DNA of 64,000 bases from Vulcanimicrobiota bacterium (GCA_050250895.1 JBFWNU010000002.1:96001-160000), one strand, 5' to 3'; positions 1 through 10,013 are shown, numbered from the stretch's first letter. Notes: generated by a model from the sequence alone, not told the origin. Program-made: numbers and translations.

Positions 1-332
1 GCCTTTCTTCGCCGGGCTTGATTCTCGGCCACGGTAGCAATGCGAGCGAACGTCTCGACCAGGGCGCCGTGCGTTTCACCCACCATCACCAGTTGGACGA
101 ACAGGGTATCGAACGCCCCGCTGCGGGCCAGGGCCGCCGATAGCATCTTGCCCCGCTCGAGGCTGCCCACCACCTCCTCGAGCACCAGGCTGAAATACGG
201 ATCCGGCTCGCCCTTCTCGAGATAGCTCACGGCCTGGACCAGCCCCACGCCCACCTGGGTCATGGTATGCAGCCTGCGAAAGAAAAGCGCCTGAACTTCA
301 GGCTTGAGAGTCCGCGGTCTTAACCGCTGCAA
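1..332 (-). CDS. Type II secretion F / PilC family platform protein, N-terminal part (runs off the window edge)
   Basis: Manual translation: LQRLRPRTLKPEVQALFFRRLHTMTQVGVGLVQAV...VVGSLERGKMLSAALARSGAFDTLFVQLVMVGETHGALVETFARIA, matching the GspF/PilC pattern (G..LS.AL...F...v.mv.vGE..G.L). The TTG start at 332 is tentative. Confidence 0.8.
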   Translation of the reverse strand, partial: MQRLRPRTLKPEVQALFFRRLHTMTQVGVGLVQAVSYLEKGEPDPYFSLVLEEVVGSLERGKMLSAALARSGAFDTLFVQLVMVGETHGALVETFARIATVAENQARRRK

Positions 333-406
333 TCCTACCGCGTCTTGACTCGTCGGGCTTGCCACCGGCTGGAGAAATTCCCTCTCCCGCTGGCTTCACC
401 TCTGAT

Positions 407-904
407 TCATTGGGGCCAGGCCCGAAGATAAAAGTCGACGGTGGCCGTGCCCTCGAAAAGGCCGCCTTTGGGAGCCAGCTTGAGGTCGACCAGGCGCGTA
501 GGCCGTACCTGCGAGCTGACCAACCCCCGCAGCCCCGCCTTGATTTGCGCCGGCGGGCCCGACAAGCGCAGCTCGGCCCGACGAAAGCGGAACTCGGCCG
601 TTCCGGGTTGCAGTTCGGAAGCCTTGACCAGAGTCACCCCCGGGGGCAGTTCTGAGCGGATATGCTCGACCATCTGCTCGGGGTCTTCCAGGGTTTGCTG
701 AAAGGGTCGAACTTTGCTCAGCTCTTGTTGCTCGGCCAGCAACTTGGAAATTCGTTGCTCGGCATCGGCTAGATGGGCCACGCGATCCTGTAACTTCGCC
801 AGGCGCTCCTGACGCTCGGCCAGCAGGATTTGCAGCTCTTGCTCTTCGGGGCTGGGGCCGCAAGCCACCAGCCAGGCAAGGGCGACGATCCACAGCCATC
901 TCAT
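407..904 (-). CDS. Coiled-coil lipoprotein, possibly a PilN/PilO-like pilus assembly protein
   Basis: MRWLWIVALAWLVAC lipobox; coiled coil followed by an alpha/beta domain; ATGA overlap with the upstream gene; next to the pilC-like gene. Confidence 0.6.
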   Translation of the reverse strand: MRWLWIVALAWLVACGPSPEEQELQILLAERQERLAKLQDRVAHLADAEQRISKLLAEQQELSKVRPFQQTLEDPEQMVEHIRSELPPGVTLVKASELQPGTAEFRFRRAELRLSGPPAQIKAGLRGLVSSQVRPTRLVDLKLAPKGGLFEGTATVDFYLRAWPQ

Positions 905-1179
905 CGAAAATCCAACTCCACGGCCTGGCTCCAATCGGCGGCTTCGAGCCGCGCGAGGGTCTCTTGCTGCTGGCTTACCTGTTCGCGATGCAATTCCAGA
1001 GCCCGCTCCAATCGCTGTTCGCGCTGGGCCAGCTCTTCGACTTCGGGGTGTTCAATCTCGAGCTGCTTGATCTGCTGGGTGAGCCGCTCGACCTCGGCTT
1101 GTAGCTCATGCTGTCTGGCTTCGTTGGCACAGCCGGCCAGGCCGAGCACCAGCATCGCGATGGCGAACCAATTTCTCAT
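901..1179 (-). CDS. Small coiled-coil lipoprotein
   Basis: MRNWFAIAMLVLGLAGC lipobox, then an E/Q-rich helix. Confidence 0.65.
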   Translation of the reverse strand: MRNWFAIAMLVLGLAGCANEARQHELQAEVERLTQQIKQLEIEHPEVEELAQREQRLERALELHREQVSQQQETLARLEAADWSQAVELDFR

Positions 1180-1242
1180 AGCCTCGCGGTTCGCGCCCTC
1201 CCCGGGCTACCCTGCGTGGACCAGGGCCCTGGACCAAGAAGG

Positions 1243-1803
1243 ATGACACGCCGGTCAGAAGAAGTGCGCCCGGTGAAGTCCACCGGTCCCACAGTGGTCG
1301 CTCAGGTCGGCCTGGTCACCAACCCCTGGCTCACCCTGCGACGCAAAGACGTCAGCTTCGAGGGCAAGGTCGAAGATTACTATTCGCTGACCCTGCCCGA
1401 CTACGTGGCCATCGTGGCCCGCACCCCGAGCGGCAAGATTCCCCTGGTGCGCCAGTATCGACCGGCCGTCGAGCAATTCACCTGGGAGCTGCCGGCCGGC
1501 ACGGTGGCCCCTGGCGAGTCCCCGCTGCGGTGCGCCTTGCGCGAGCTGCAAGAAGAAGTCGGCCTGACCGGCACGGCCACCCCCCTGGGCACTTATTGGC
1601 CCGACACGGGCCGGCTCGAGAACCAGCTCCATGTCTTCGCGGTCGAGTGCCAGCAAGAGACGGCGTCCGCCGACTTCGTGCCCGAAGCCGGACTCGAGAT
1701 CGGCTTGGTCACGCCGGCAGAACTGCGCCACATGATTGCCGCCAATACCTTCAGCCATCTCCAACACGTAGCCGCCCTCTACCTGGCCCGGGTGCTGCCA
1801 TGA
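1243..1803 (+). CDS. NUDIX hydrolase (ADP-ribose/NDP-sugar pyrophosphatase-like)
   Basis: RQYRP..WELPAG and Nudix box GESPLRCALRELQEEVG; start moved to ATG 1243. Confidence 0.9.
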   Translation: MTRRSEEVRPVKSTGPTVVAQVGLVTNPWLTLRRKDVSFEGKVEDYYSLTLPDYVAIVARTPSGKIPLVRQYRPAVEQFTWELPAGTVAPGESPLRCALRELQEEVGLTGTATPLGTYWPDTGRLENQLHVFAVECQQETASADFVPEAGLEIGLVTPAELRHMIAANTFSHLQHVAALYLARVLP

Positions 1804-2990
1804 AGACGGTCACCATCGTGGGTGGCTGCGGCCACGTCGGGCTACCGCTGGGCATCGTACTGGCCGAGGCCGGCTATCGTACCCACCTGCTCGACCGCAA
1901 TCAGCAGTTGGTCGAGCAGGTCACCCGCAAAGAGATGCCCCACCTCGAGCAAGAGGGGCCCGAGCGCCTGACCCAGGCCATCGATAGCGGCCTGCTCTCG
2001 GCCACCACCGACCTCGGCGTCATCGGTAGCAGCGACATCGTCATGATCGCCATCGGCACTCCGGTCGACGAGTATATGAACCCCCGCGTCCAGGACCTCA
2101 TCGCCGCTCTTTTCGAACTCAAAGAGCAGCTCCACTCGCCCGAGCAACTGGTGATCTTTCGCTCCACCATCGCGCCCGGCGTGCTGCGCACCCTGGCCGA
2201 CCACCTACAGGATTGGGGCTGCCCGGTGGCCATCGCCTATTGTCCCGAGCGGATTGTGCAAGGTCACGCCTTGACCGAACTCAAAGGTCTACCCCAGCTT
2301 GTTTCGGGCTTAGACCAGCAGGCCGTCGATGGGGCTCGCGAGCTGTTCTTCAATCTGACCGAGACCGAGCCGATCGTGCTCAAGCCCATCGAAGCCGAGC
2401 TGGCCAAGCTCTTCTGTAACGCCTGGCGCTATATCAACTTCGCCATCAGCAACCAGTTCTACGAGATTGCCGAGAGCACCGGAGCCAGCTTCGCGCGCAT
2501 TCACGCCGCCGTGACCTATGATTATCCGCGGCTCGAGGGCTTTGCCCGGGCCGGGCTCACGGCCGGCCCTTGTCTGCTCAAGGACACCATGCAACTGGCC
2601 GCCTTCAGTCAGAACACCTTTTTCCTCGGTCACAGCGCCATGCTGGTCAACGAGGGCCTGCCCAACTTTCTGGTTCACCAGCTGGTGGAACAGATGGGCA
2701 GCCTGCGCCGCAAGCGGATCGCCCTGCTAGGTCTAGCTTTTAAGCCCAACAACGACGACACGCGCGAGTCGCTGTCGTTCAAAGTGCGCAAGTTGCTGCT
2801 GCAACGGGGCGCCCAGGTGGTGTGTCACGACCCCTTCGTCAATCACGCCCACCATCCTCACGTCCAGTTCGTCAGCCTGGAGGAGGCCCTCGAGGTCGAC
2901 GCCGTGGTGGTCGGCGTGCCCCACGACTGCTATCGAGAACTCGATTTCGGTTCGACCCCGGTGCTGGATGTCTGGGGAGCCATCGGGTGA
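1800..2990 (+). CDS. Nucleotide-sugar dehydrogenase (UDP-glucose/GDP-mannose/UDP-ManNAc dehydrogenase family)
   Basis: GGCGHVGLP Rossmann motif, RSTIAPG, CPERI, AELAKL, GPCL.KD, GLAFKPNNDDTRES; ATGA overlap with the NUDIX gene. Confidence 0.92.
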   Translation: MKTVTIVGGCGHVGLPLGIVLAEAGYRTHLLDRNQQLVEQVTRKEMPHLEQEGPERLTQAIDSGLLSATTDLGVIGSSDIVMIAIGTPVDEYMNPRVQDLIAALFELKEQLHSPEQLVIFRSTIAPGVLRTLADHLQDWGCPVAIAYCPERIVQGHALTELKGLPQLVSGLDQQAVDGARELFFNLTETEPIVLKPIEAELAKLFCNAWRYINFAISNQFYEIAESTGASFARIHAAVTYDYPRLEGFARAGLTAGPCLLKDTMQLAAFSQNTFFLGHSAMLVNEGLPNFLVHQLVEQMGSLRRKRIALLGLAFKPNNDDTRESLSFKVRKLLLQRGAQVVCHDPFVNHAHHPHVQFVSLEEALEVDAVVVGVPHDCYRELDFGSTPVLDVWGAIG

Positions 2991-3931
2991 ACATTCTCGT
3001 CACCGGGGGTAGCGGCTTCATCGGCGCGGCCCTGGTTCATTCCCTATGCCAGGCCGGCCACGAGGTGCGGGTCTTTGACGACAACTCGCGAGGCTCGCCG
3101 GGGCGTTTGGCCGGCGCCGAGGTCGAATTCATCCAGGGCGACATCCGCCATGCCGAAGCCGTCATTCAAGCCTGTCGGGGCATGGACGCAGTCTGGCATC
3201 TCGCCTACATCAACGGTACGGCCAACTTCTACGAGCAACCCGCGCTGGTGCTCGAGGTCGGCGTCAAGGGTATGGTCAACGTGCTCGACGGCTGCCGCTT
3301 CCATGAAGTCCCCGAGCTACTGCTGATGTCGAGCTCCGAAGTTTATCAGACTCCTGGTCAGGTTCCCACCCCCGAAAGCGTGCCTCTGGTAGTGCCGGAC
3401 CCCCTCAATCCGCGCTTCTCTTACGGCGGCGGCAAGATCATCTCCGAGCTGATGGCCATCAACTATGGCCGCACGGGATTTGAGCGCGTCATGGTCTTGC
3501 GTCCGCATAACGTCTACGGCCCCGACATGGGCTTTGACCACGTCATTCCTCAATTTGCGGCCCGCTTGCGCGAACTGCGGGATCAACCCCAACCCATCGC
3601 CTTTCCCATCCAGGGCGACGGGCGCGAAACCCGGGCCTTCGTCTACATCGACGACTTCGTGGCCGGGGTCAACCTGCTGCAGGAGCAGGGTCAGCATCTC
3701 GAGATCTACCATGTCGGCAACGATGTCGAGTCGACCATAGGCGAGGTGGCCGAACTCACCGCCCAGGCCATGGAGCTGACGGTCAGGCTCGAGCCCGGCC
3801 CTCTGCTGGCCGGCAGCACGCCACGACGGTGCCCTGACCTGTCCAAGTTGAGAGGCCTGGGCTATCGACCCCAGGTCAACCTGGCTGAAGGCATCCAGCG
3901 CTATGTCGATTGGTTCCTGCAATGTGCCTGA
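2987..3931 (+). CDS. NAD-dependent epimerase/dehydratase (extended SDR)
   Basis: ILVTGGSGFIG, SSSEVY, YGGGK (YxxxK), NVYGP; GTG start overlaps the previous stop. Confidence 0.92.
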   Translation: MNILVTGGSGFIGAALVHSLCQAGHEVRVFDDNSRGSPGRLAGAEVEFIQGDIRHAEAVIQACRGMDAVWHLAYINGTANFYEQPALVLEVGVKGMVNVLDGCRFHEVPELLLMSSSEVYQTPGQVPTPESVPLVVPDPLNPRFSYGGGKIISELMAINYGRTGFERVMVLRPHNVYGPDMGFDHVIPQFAARLRELRDQPQPIAFPIQGDGRETRAFVYIDDFVAGVNLLQEQGQHLEIYHVGNDVESTIGEVAELTAQAMELTVRLEPGPLLAGSTPRRCPDLSKLRGLGYRPQVNLAEGIQRYVDWFLQCA

Positions 3932-3968
3932 CGATACATCCCCTCAAACCATCCATCGGAGGCCCTCT

Positions 3969-5216
3969 ATGACTACCCTGGGAACCGGCACCAGCAGTGT
4001 CGTCTCTCGCTGCCAGATCTGCGATTGCGAAGAGTTACGGTCGCTGCTCTTCGTGGGCTACCTCCCGCCTGTCAACGCCATGCCGGCCATCGGCTCGCAG
4101 CCCCAAGAAGAGACCTCTTATCCGGCCGATCTTCTGTTGTGCCCCAACTGCCGACTCATTCAGCTGGGGCTCGTGGTCGACGCCCAGATTCTTTTCCCCT
4201 CGAGCTATCCCTACACCAGCAGCACCACTCGCATCCTGCGCGAGAACTTTGCCCAGCTCTATGAAGAGTGTGTGCCGCTGATCGGTCTCGAGCCCGATCA
4301 ACTGGTGGTCGACATCGGTTCCAACGACGGCAACCTGCTCATCAACTTCAAAGACAAACACCGCATCTGCGGCATCACCCCCGAAGAGATCGGCAAGATC
4401 GCCATCGAGCGGGGCATTCCCACCATTCTCTCGTATTTTCAGGCGGCCGTGGTGGATCAGATTCTGGCCGAGCACGGCCCGGCCGGACTGATCACCGCGA
4501 CCAACGTCTTCGCCCATATCGAGAAGCCTCATAGCGTGCTCGAGCAGGTGTTGCGTTTGCTCGACGACGGGGGAGTCTTCTTGACCGAGTCCCACTATGT
4601 ATTAAGCCTGGTCGAGACGGTCCAGTACGACACCATCTATCACGAACACCTGCGCTACTACTCGCTACACAGCCTGCAGCATCTACTGGGCATGCACGGC
4701 CTCGAGGTGTTTCACGTCAAGCCCATTCCGACCCATGGGGGCTCGATTCGAGTCTATGCCGCCCGCCGGGGGGATCACCCCGTCAACGACTCGGTGCGGG
4801 CCCAGCTCGAACTCGAACAGACCGGCTTGAGCGACGCCAGTCTCGAACTCTTCCGTCATCAGGTCCAGCAATCGCGACTCAAGCTGTGGGCTCTGCTGGC
4901 CGAACTCCGGGCCGAGCACAAACGGATTATCGGGGTCAGCGCACCCAGCCGGGCCAGCACGCTCATCAGCTATACCGGGCTTGACGATGGCATCCTCGAA
5001 GCCGTGGTCGAGGTGAAGGGCTCTCACAAGATCGGCAACTACATCCCCGGCACTTTGATCCCGGTGGTCGACGAGGGCCTGATGTTTGCCGAGCCTCAGC
5101 CCGATTACGCCCTGCTGTTGGCCTGGCACATTGCCGATGAACTCATCCCCAAACTGCGGCAGTTCGGCTTCAGGAACAAGTTCATCATTCCTCTGCCCAC
5201 GCCACGGGTGATCTAG
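3969..5216 (+). CDS. NDP-hexose C-methyltransferase (Zn-binding, SAM-dependent)
   Basis: CxxC...CxxC zinc domain, YPYTSS, DIGSNDG, NVFAH, YDTIYHEH, THGGSIR. Confidence 0.9.
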   Translation: MTTLGTGTSSVVSRCQICDCEELRSLLFVGYLPPVNAMPAIGSQPQEETSYPADLLLCPNCRLIQLGLVVDAQILFPSSYPYTSSTTRILRENFAQLYEECVPLIGLEPDQLVVDIGSNDGNLLINFKDKHRICGITPEEIGKIAIERGIPTILSYFQAAVVDQILAEHGPAGLITATNVFAHIEKPHSVLEQVLRLLDDGGVFLTESHYVLSLVETVQYDTIYHEHLRYYSLHSLQHLLGMHGLEVFHVKPIPTHGGSIRVYAARRGDHPVNDSVRAQLELEQTGLSDASLELFRHQVQQSRLKLWALLAELRAEHKRIIGVSAPSRASTLISYTGLDDGILEAVVEVKGSHKIGNYIPGTLIPVVDEGLMFAEPQPDYALLLAWHIADELIPKLRQFGFRNKFIIPLPTPRVI

Positions 5217-5219
5217 CCC

Positions 5220-6155
5220 ATGAAGGTCGCTATCATCGGTCAGGGCTTCGGTCGCAGTGCTCACCTGCCGGCCTGGCAAAGCGACCCTCGGGCCACCGTG
5301 CTGGGAGTCTTCACCCGCCAGGATACCCCGGCCGTGCTGGCGCGGTCCGATGTCGACATCGTCTCGCTGGCCGTCCCTCCGGCGGCCCAGCCGGCCCTCA
5401 TCGAGGCGGCCGCCGGCAAGCACATCTTCTGCGAGAAACCGCTGGCCGCCGACCTGGCCAGCGCCGCCCGCCTCAAGCCGGGCGGCCAGTTCGGCATCGA
5501 CCTTTTCTTTCCCGAGATTCCGGCCTGGCAAGAGGCGCGCAAACGCCTGCCCAGCCTGGGTCCCCTGCGTCACGCTCACCTCAGCTGGCGGCTCGAGAGC
5601 CGCGCCTTTCGTTTCGGGGCCACCGGTTGGAAGACCAATCCGGCCGAAGGGGGAGGGACCCTGGTCAACTTCGCGTCGCACACCTTCCACTATCTCGAGT
5701 GGCTCTTCGGCCCCATCGCCTCGCTCACAGGCCAGGACAGCGGGGGCCATGGCGCCGATGTCCAGGCCGGGGCCGACCTGCTCCTACGCTTTCCTAACGG
5801 CCTGACTGCGACCCTGTCGGTGGCCGCCGATGCCTACCAGGGGTCAGGCCATCGCCTCGAGGTCTATGGCCAGCATGGTTCGCTGGTGCTGTCCAACAAC
5901 AGTGGCGACTTCGCCCGCGGCTTTCGCCTGCAGGTCGCCCTCAAAGACCAGCCCTGGCAAGATTGCACGCCCCCCGACGTAGAAGGGCAGGGCGACGGCC
6001 GAGTCCCCCTGGTTTCTCGCCTGGTCAGCCGCCTGCTCGACGCCATCGAGAACGGCCACCCCATGCGTCCTGGCCTGGCCGAGGCCCTGCGGGTACAACG
6101 ACTGCTCGAGGCCGCCCGGAGCGTCCTCGAACAACGAATCTGGATGGATCTATGA
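5220..6155 (+). CDS. Gfo/Idh/MocA family oxidoreductase
   Basis: MKVAIIGQGFG, GKHIFCEKPLA, GGGTL. Confidence 0.88.
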   Translation: MKVAIIGQGFGRSAHLPAWQSDPRATVLGVFTRQDTPAVLARSDVDIVSLAVPPAAQPALIEAAAGKHIFCEKPLAADLASAARLKPGGQFGIDLFFPEIPAWQEARKRLPSLGPLRHAHLSWRLESRAFRFGATGWKTNPAEGGGTLVNFASHTFHYLEWLFGPIASLTGQDSGGHGADVQAGADLLLRFPNGLTATLSVAADAYQGSGHRLEVYGQHGSLVLSNNSGDFARGFRLQVALKDQPWQDCTPPDVEGQGDGRVPLVSRLVSRLLDAIENGHPMRPGLAEALRVQRLLEAARSVLEQRIWMDL

Positions 6156-6886
6156 GCCAACTCGACATCATCATCCCGGTCTACAACGAGGGCGAGAACA
6201 TCATTCCCACCCTCACCTCGCTACGTGAGCACGTCAAGACACCCTGTCGCGTGCTCATCTGCTACGACTTTCCCGAGGATACCACCCTCACCGCCATCGA
6301 GGGTTTCGAGGGGCTGGCCCTGGTGCCCGTGCTCAACCGTGGTCGGGGCGCTCACGCAGCGGTGCTTTCTGGCTTTGCCGAGTCGAGCGCCCCGGCGGTC
6401 ATCGTCATCCCGGCCGACGACGATTTCAACGCTCCCATCCTCGACCGCATGGTCGAGCTTTGCCGGGATGGGTGCGATCTGGTGACTGCTAATCGCTTTC
6501 TGCCCGGGGGCTGCATGCAGGGTTGTCCGTGGCTCAAGGCCACCCTGGTGCGCACCGCCGCCTTCTTGCTCTACTATCTGGCCCGACTGCCCAGCAGCGA
6601 TCCCACCAGCGGCTTTCGGCTGTTCTCGCGCCGGGTGCTCGACACCATCGTGATCGAGTCGGACGTTGGCTTCACCTATAGTCTCGAACTTTTGGTCAAG
6701 GTCCATCGTCTGGGTTGGCGCATCGGCGAGGTGCCCGCCCTGTGGTACGAGCGCCAACACGGACAAAGCCGCTTCCGCGTGCTCAAGTGGCTACCGGCCT
6801 ATCTGCGCTGGTTCTTTTACGCCTTCGCCACCACCTATCTACGCCCCGGGCCCGAAAGCGTGCCTCGCCAGGGGGGACACCGATGA
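6152..6886 (+). CDS. Glycosyltransferase family 2 (Dol-P-mannose synthase-like)
   Basis: IIIPVYNEGENI, ADD, DPTSGFRLF, ER.HGQS. Confidence 0.9.
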   Translation: MSQLDIIIPVYNEGENIIPTLTSLREHVKTPCRVLICYDFPEDTTLTAIEGFEGLALVPVLNRGRGAHAAVLSGFAESSAPAVIVIPADDDFNAPILDRMVELCRDGCDLVTANRFLPGGCMQGCPWLKATLVRTAAFLLYYLARLPSSDPTSGFRLFSRRVLDTIVIESDVGFTYSLELLVKVHRLGWRIGEVPALWYERQHGQSRFRVLKWLPAYLRWFFYAFATTYLRPGPESVPRQGGHR

Positions 6887-7401
6887 GCCTGATTCTTCGC
6901 TATCTCTACTCCATCCTCAAAGCCCTGTGCAGCTCGACTCTGCAGCCCCTCGACCAGGGGGTCATCCAGCTACGGGTCTGGCCCTTTGATCTCGATCCCA
7001 ACCTCCACCTCAATAACGGCCGGTTTCTGTCCCTGATGGATCTCGGCCGCATGGACCTGGTGGTCCGCTGCGGCCTGGGCAAGCAGTTGTGGAAGCACGG
7101 CTGGCGCCCGCTGGTGGGCTCGGCCGTGATCCGTTACAAAGGTTCGCTCGAGCCCTTCCAGACCTTTGAACTCAAAAGCCGCATCGTGGGCTGGGACGAC
7201 AAGTGGTTCTTCATCGAGCAGCGCTTCGTTCGCCAGGGCCGTACGGTGGCCGTGGGTGCCATCAAAGGTCTCTTCCGCGGTCGCAACGGCAATGTGCCCA
7301 GCGCCGAAGTGCTAGCCGCCACCGGGGTCGAGGCAGCCTCGCCCGAGCTTCCTCGGTGGCTTGCGACCTGGCATCAGGCCGACGGCCAACTCGAGCTGTA
7401 A
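6883..7401 (+). CDS. Thioesterase / hotdog-fold protein
   Basis: RVWPFDLDPNLHLNNGRFLSLMDLGR motif. Confidence 0.85.
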   Translation: MSLILRYLYSILKALCSSTLQPLDQGVIQLRVWPFDLDPNLHLNNGRFLSLMDLGRMDLVVRCGLGKQLWKHGWRPLVGSAVIRYKGSLEPFQTFELKSRIVGWDDKWFFIEQRFVRQGRTVAVGAIKGLFRGRNGNVPSAEVLAATGVEAASPELPRWLATWHQADGQLEL

Positions 7402-7437
7402 GGGAAGCCCGCTCCCGTCGTCGAACGGCGCGCGGCT

Positions 7438-9732
7438 ATGCCGAGAATTCGCCTTTTCTTACTCCTTCTACTAGTGACCACCGCCCTGGCCCAGGCCCAG
7501 CCCGAGGTGGAAAGCCGGGTCGAAGCTTTGCTGAGCAAGATGACCACCGAAGAGAAGCTGGGCCAGCTTCAGATGTTCGGCGGAGTCGGCGAGGGCGATT
7601 TGCCCCCCGAACACATCGAGCTACTCAAGCAAGGCCGTCTGGGCACCACCCTCAACATCCGGGGGGCGGCCCGGGTCAACCGGTTGCAGAGGATCGCGGT
7701 CGAAGAGACGCGCCTCGGCATTCCGCTCATCTTCGCCTTCGACGTGATTCACGGCTATCGCACCGTCTTTCCCATTCCGCTGGGCGAAGCGGCCAGCTTT
7801 GACCCCGAGGCGGCTCGTTTGTCGGCCGAAATCGCCGCCCGCGAAGCCACCGCCGATGGCCTCAAATGGACCTTCGCACCCATGGTCGACATCGCCCGCG
7901 ATGCCCGCTGGGGTCGGATCTCTGAAGGAGCGGGCGAGGACCCCTACCTCGGTCGGGCCCTGGCCGCCGCCCGGGTGCGCGGCTTTCAGGGCGACGACTA
8001 CAGCCAGCCCGACCGGGTGGTGGCCTGTGCCAAGCACTGGGTGGCCTATGGGGCGGCCGAAGCCGGCCGTGACTACAACACCACCGACGTCAGCGAGCGG
8101 GTGCTGCGCCAGGTCTACTTCCCGCCCTTCAAAGCGGCCGTCGAGGCCGGGGTGGGCACCTTCATGAGCGCTTTCAACGATCTCAACGGCACGCCCACCT
8201 CGGGCAACCACTGGACTCTGACCGAGGTGCTGCGCGACGAGTGGGGCTTTGACGGGGTGGTGGTCAGCGATTATGAGTCGGTCAAGGAGATGCTCAACCA
8301 TCGCAATGTCGACGGCGAGGCCGAAGCGGCCCGGGTGGGCTTGAGCGCCGGAGTCGACATCGAGATGGTCAGCAGCCTCTACAACCAGCATCTGCCCGCC
8401 CTGCTGGCCGACGGACGGCTGCCCATGGACGTGCTCGATGAGGCCGTGCGTCGCATCTTGCGCCTCAAAGTGAGGCTCGGGCTGTTCGAGAATCCTTACT
8501 GTCAAGAAGGGCTGGTGGATAGCATCTTGCTGGCTCCCGCCCACCGGGCCGCCGCCCGCAGAGTGGCCGCCAGTTCGCTGGTCTTGCTCAAGAACGACAA
8601 TCACACCCTGCCGCTGGCCCCGGTCAAGACCCTGGCCGTAATCGGTCCGCTGGCCGACGACCCCTCGGCCATCCTGGGCTCGTGGGGCGGCGACGGTCAC
8701 CCCACCGATTCGGTCACCATCCTCGAGGGTCTCAAAGCCGCTGTAGGACCCAGCACGCGGGTGCTCCACGCCAAAGGTGTGGCCATCGACACGGTCGGCG
8801 CGCGCGGTAACTTTCACGACGCACCGATCATGGCCAGCGCAGGCGGCAGCAACGTGGGCACCGTGGGCGGCATCGCCGTCGAGCGGCTGGCCACCACGCC
8901 CACCGCCGCCGGCGACTTCGAGCAGGCCGTGGCTACGGCCCGCCAGGCCGACTTCGTGGTGCTGGTCGTGGGCGAGACGGCGGTCCAGAGTGGTGAGGCC
9001 GCCTCGCGCACCGAACTGGGCTTGCCCGGTCGCCAACTCGAACTGGTGCAGGCCGTGGCCGCCACCGGCAAGCCCTATGCGGTGGTGCTGATGAATGGCC
9101 GGCCTCTGGCGGTGCCGTGGCTGGCCGAGCACAGTCCGGCCATTCTCGAAGCCTGGTTCCCTGGCACCGAGGGCGGCCACGCCGTGGCCGACGCCCTGGT
9201 CGGCAAAGTCAATCCCGGCGGCAAACTGCCCGTGACCTTTCCGCGGGCAGTGGGTCAGGTGCCCATCTACTACAACCACAAGAGCACCGGCCGGCCGCCC
9301 AGCCGCGAAAAGTATACCTCGAAGTATCTCGACCTGCCGGTCACCCCGCTCTATCCCTTCGGTCACGGCTTGAGCTACACCACCTTCGCGCTTTCCAACC
9401 TCAAGCTCGACCAGACCAGTCTGCCCGCTAACGGCCGGCTGGCCGTCAGTGTCGAGGTGACCAACACCGGCCAGCGAGCCGGTGATGAAGTGGTCCAGCT
9501 CTATCTGCAGGATGTGGCCTCCACCGTCACCCGGCCGGTCAAGGAGCTATGCGGCTTTCGACGCGTCAGCCTCGAGCCGGGCCAGAAACAGACGGTGCAG
9601 TTTAACCTGGGTTCGGCCGAGCTGGGCTTCTATGACCAGAAGATGAATTGGGTGGTCGAGCCGGGTCGCTTCAAGCTGTGGGCAGCTACCAGCTCGGAGG
9701 GCGGCCTCGAGACCACCTTCGAGGTGCGCTAG
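7438..9732 (+). CDS. bglX: Secreted beta-glucosidase, GH3 (BglX-like)
   Basis: Signal peptide; DVIHG, RDARWGR, KHW, VVSDY nucleophile, GKLPVTFP; C-terminal Fn3-like domain. Confidence 0.92.
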   Translation: MPRIRLFLLLLLVTTALAQAQPEVESRVEALLSKMTTEEKLGQLQMFGGVGEGDLPPEHIELLKQGRLGTTLNIRGAARVNRLQRIAVEETRLGIPLIFAFDVIHGYRTVFPIPLGEAASFDPEAARLSAEIAAREATADGLKWTFAPMVDIARDARWGRISEGAGEDPYLGRALAAARVRGFQGDDYSQPDRVVACAKHWVAYGAAEAGRDYNTTDVSERVLRQVYFPPFKAAVEAGVGTFMSAFNDLNGTPTSGNHWTLTEVLRDEWGFDGVVVSDYESVKEMLNHRNVDGEAEAARVGLSAGVDIEMVSSLYNQHLPALLADGRLPMDVLDEAVRRILRLKVRLGLFENPYCQEGLVDSILLAPAHRAAARRVAASSLVLLKNDNHTLPLAPVKTLAVIGPLADDPSAILGSWGGDGHPTDSVTILEGLKAAVGPSTRVLHAKGVAIDTVGARGNFHDAPIMASAGGSNVGTVGGIAVERLATTPTAAGDFEQAVATARQADFVVLVVGETAVQSGEAASRTELGLPGRQLELVQAVAATGKPYAVVLMNGRPLAVPWLAEHSPAILEAWFPGTEGGHAVADALVGKVNPGGKLPVTFPRAVGQVPIYYNHKSTGRPPSREKYTSKYLDLPVTPLYPFGHGLSYTTFALSNLKLDQTSLPANGRLAVSVEVTNTGQRAGDEVVQLYLQDVASTVTRPVKELCGFRRVSLEPGQKQTVQFNLGSAELGFYDQKMNWVVEPGRFKLWAATSSEGGLETTFEVR

Positions 9733-10013
9733 CGCCGCGCCGCAGGGGTGACTTCAATGAGCGTCACCCCGGACGCGGCTTGACGGGAACGACGAGAACG
9801 CAAGTCCAGGACGTTAGACTGTTGGGGTAGCGACGTTCTCGTCATTCCCTATCGGCGCTACGCGCCGCGCCGCTGGGGTGACTTCAATGAGCGTCACCCC
9901 GGACGCGGCTTGACGGGAACGACGAGAACGCAAGTCCAGGACGTTAGACTGTTGGGGTAGCGACGTTCTCGTCATTCCCTATCGGCGCTACGCGCCGCGC
10001 CGCTGGGGTGACT
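9733..10013. repeat. Tandem array (2 identical 130-bp units plus a partial unit) of a palindromic element
   Basis: Unit 9755-9884 repeats exactly from 9885; terminal IR GTCACCCC/GGGGTGAC; inner IR GACGAGAACG/CGTTCTCGTC; fills the gap between convergent genes. Confidence 0.95.

Noticed and set aside
7621-9366. 581-aa antisense ORF and similar long shadow ORFs (e.g. 4683-5750, 10303-11187, 25823-26773, 61001-62323)
   Set aside because: They overlap well-supported genes and are expected in high-GC DNA; no motifs.
9733-10013. CRISPR array
   Set aside because: The units are fully identical with no unique spacers, the period is 130 bp, and no cas genes are present.
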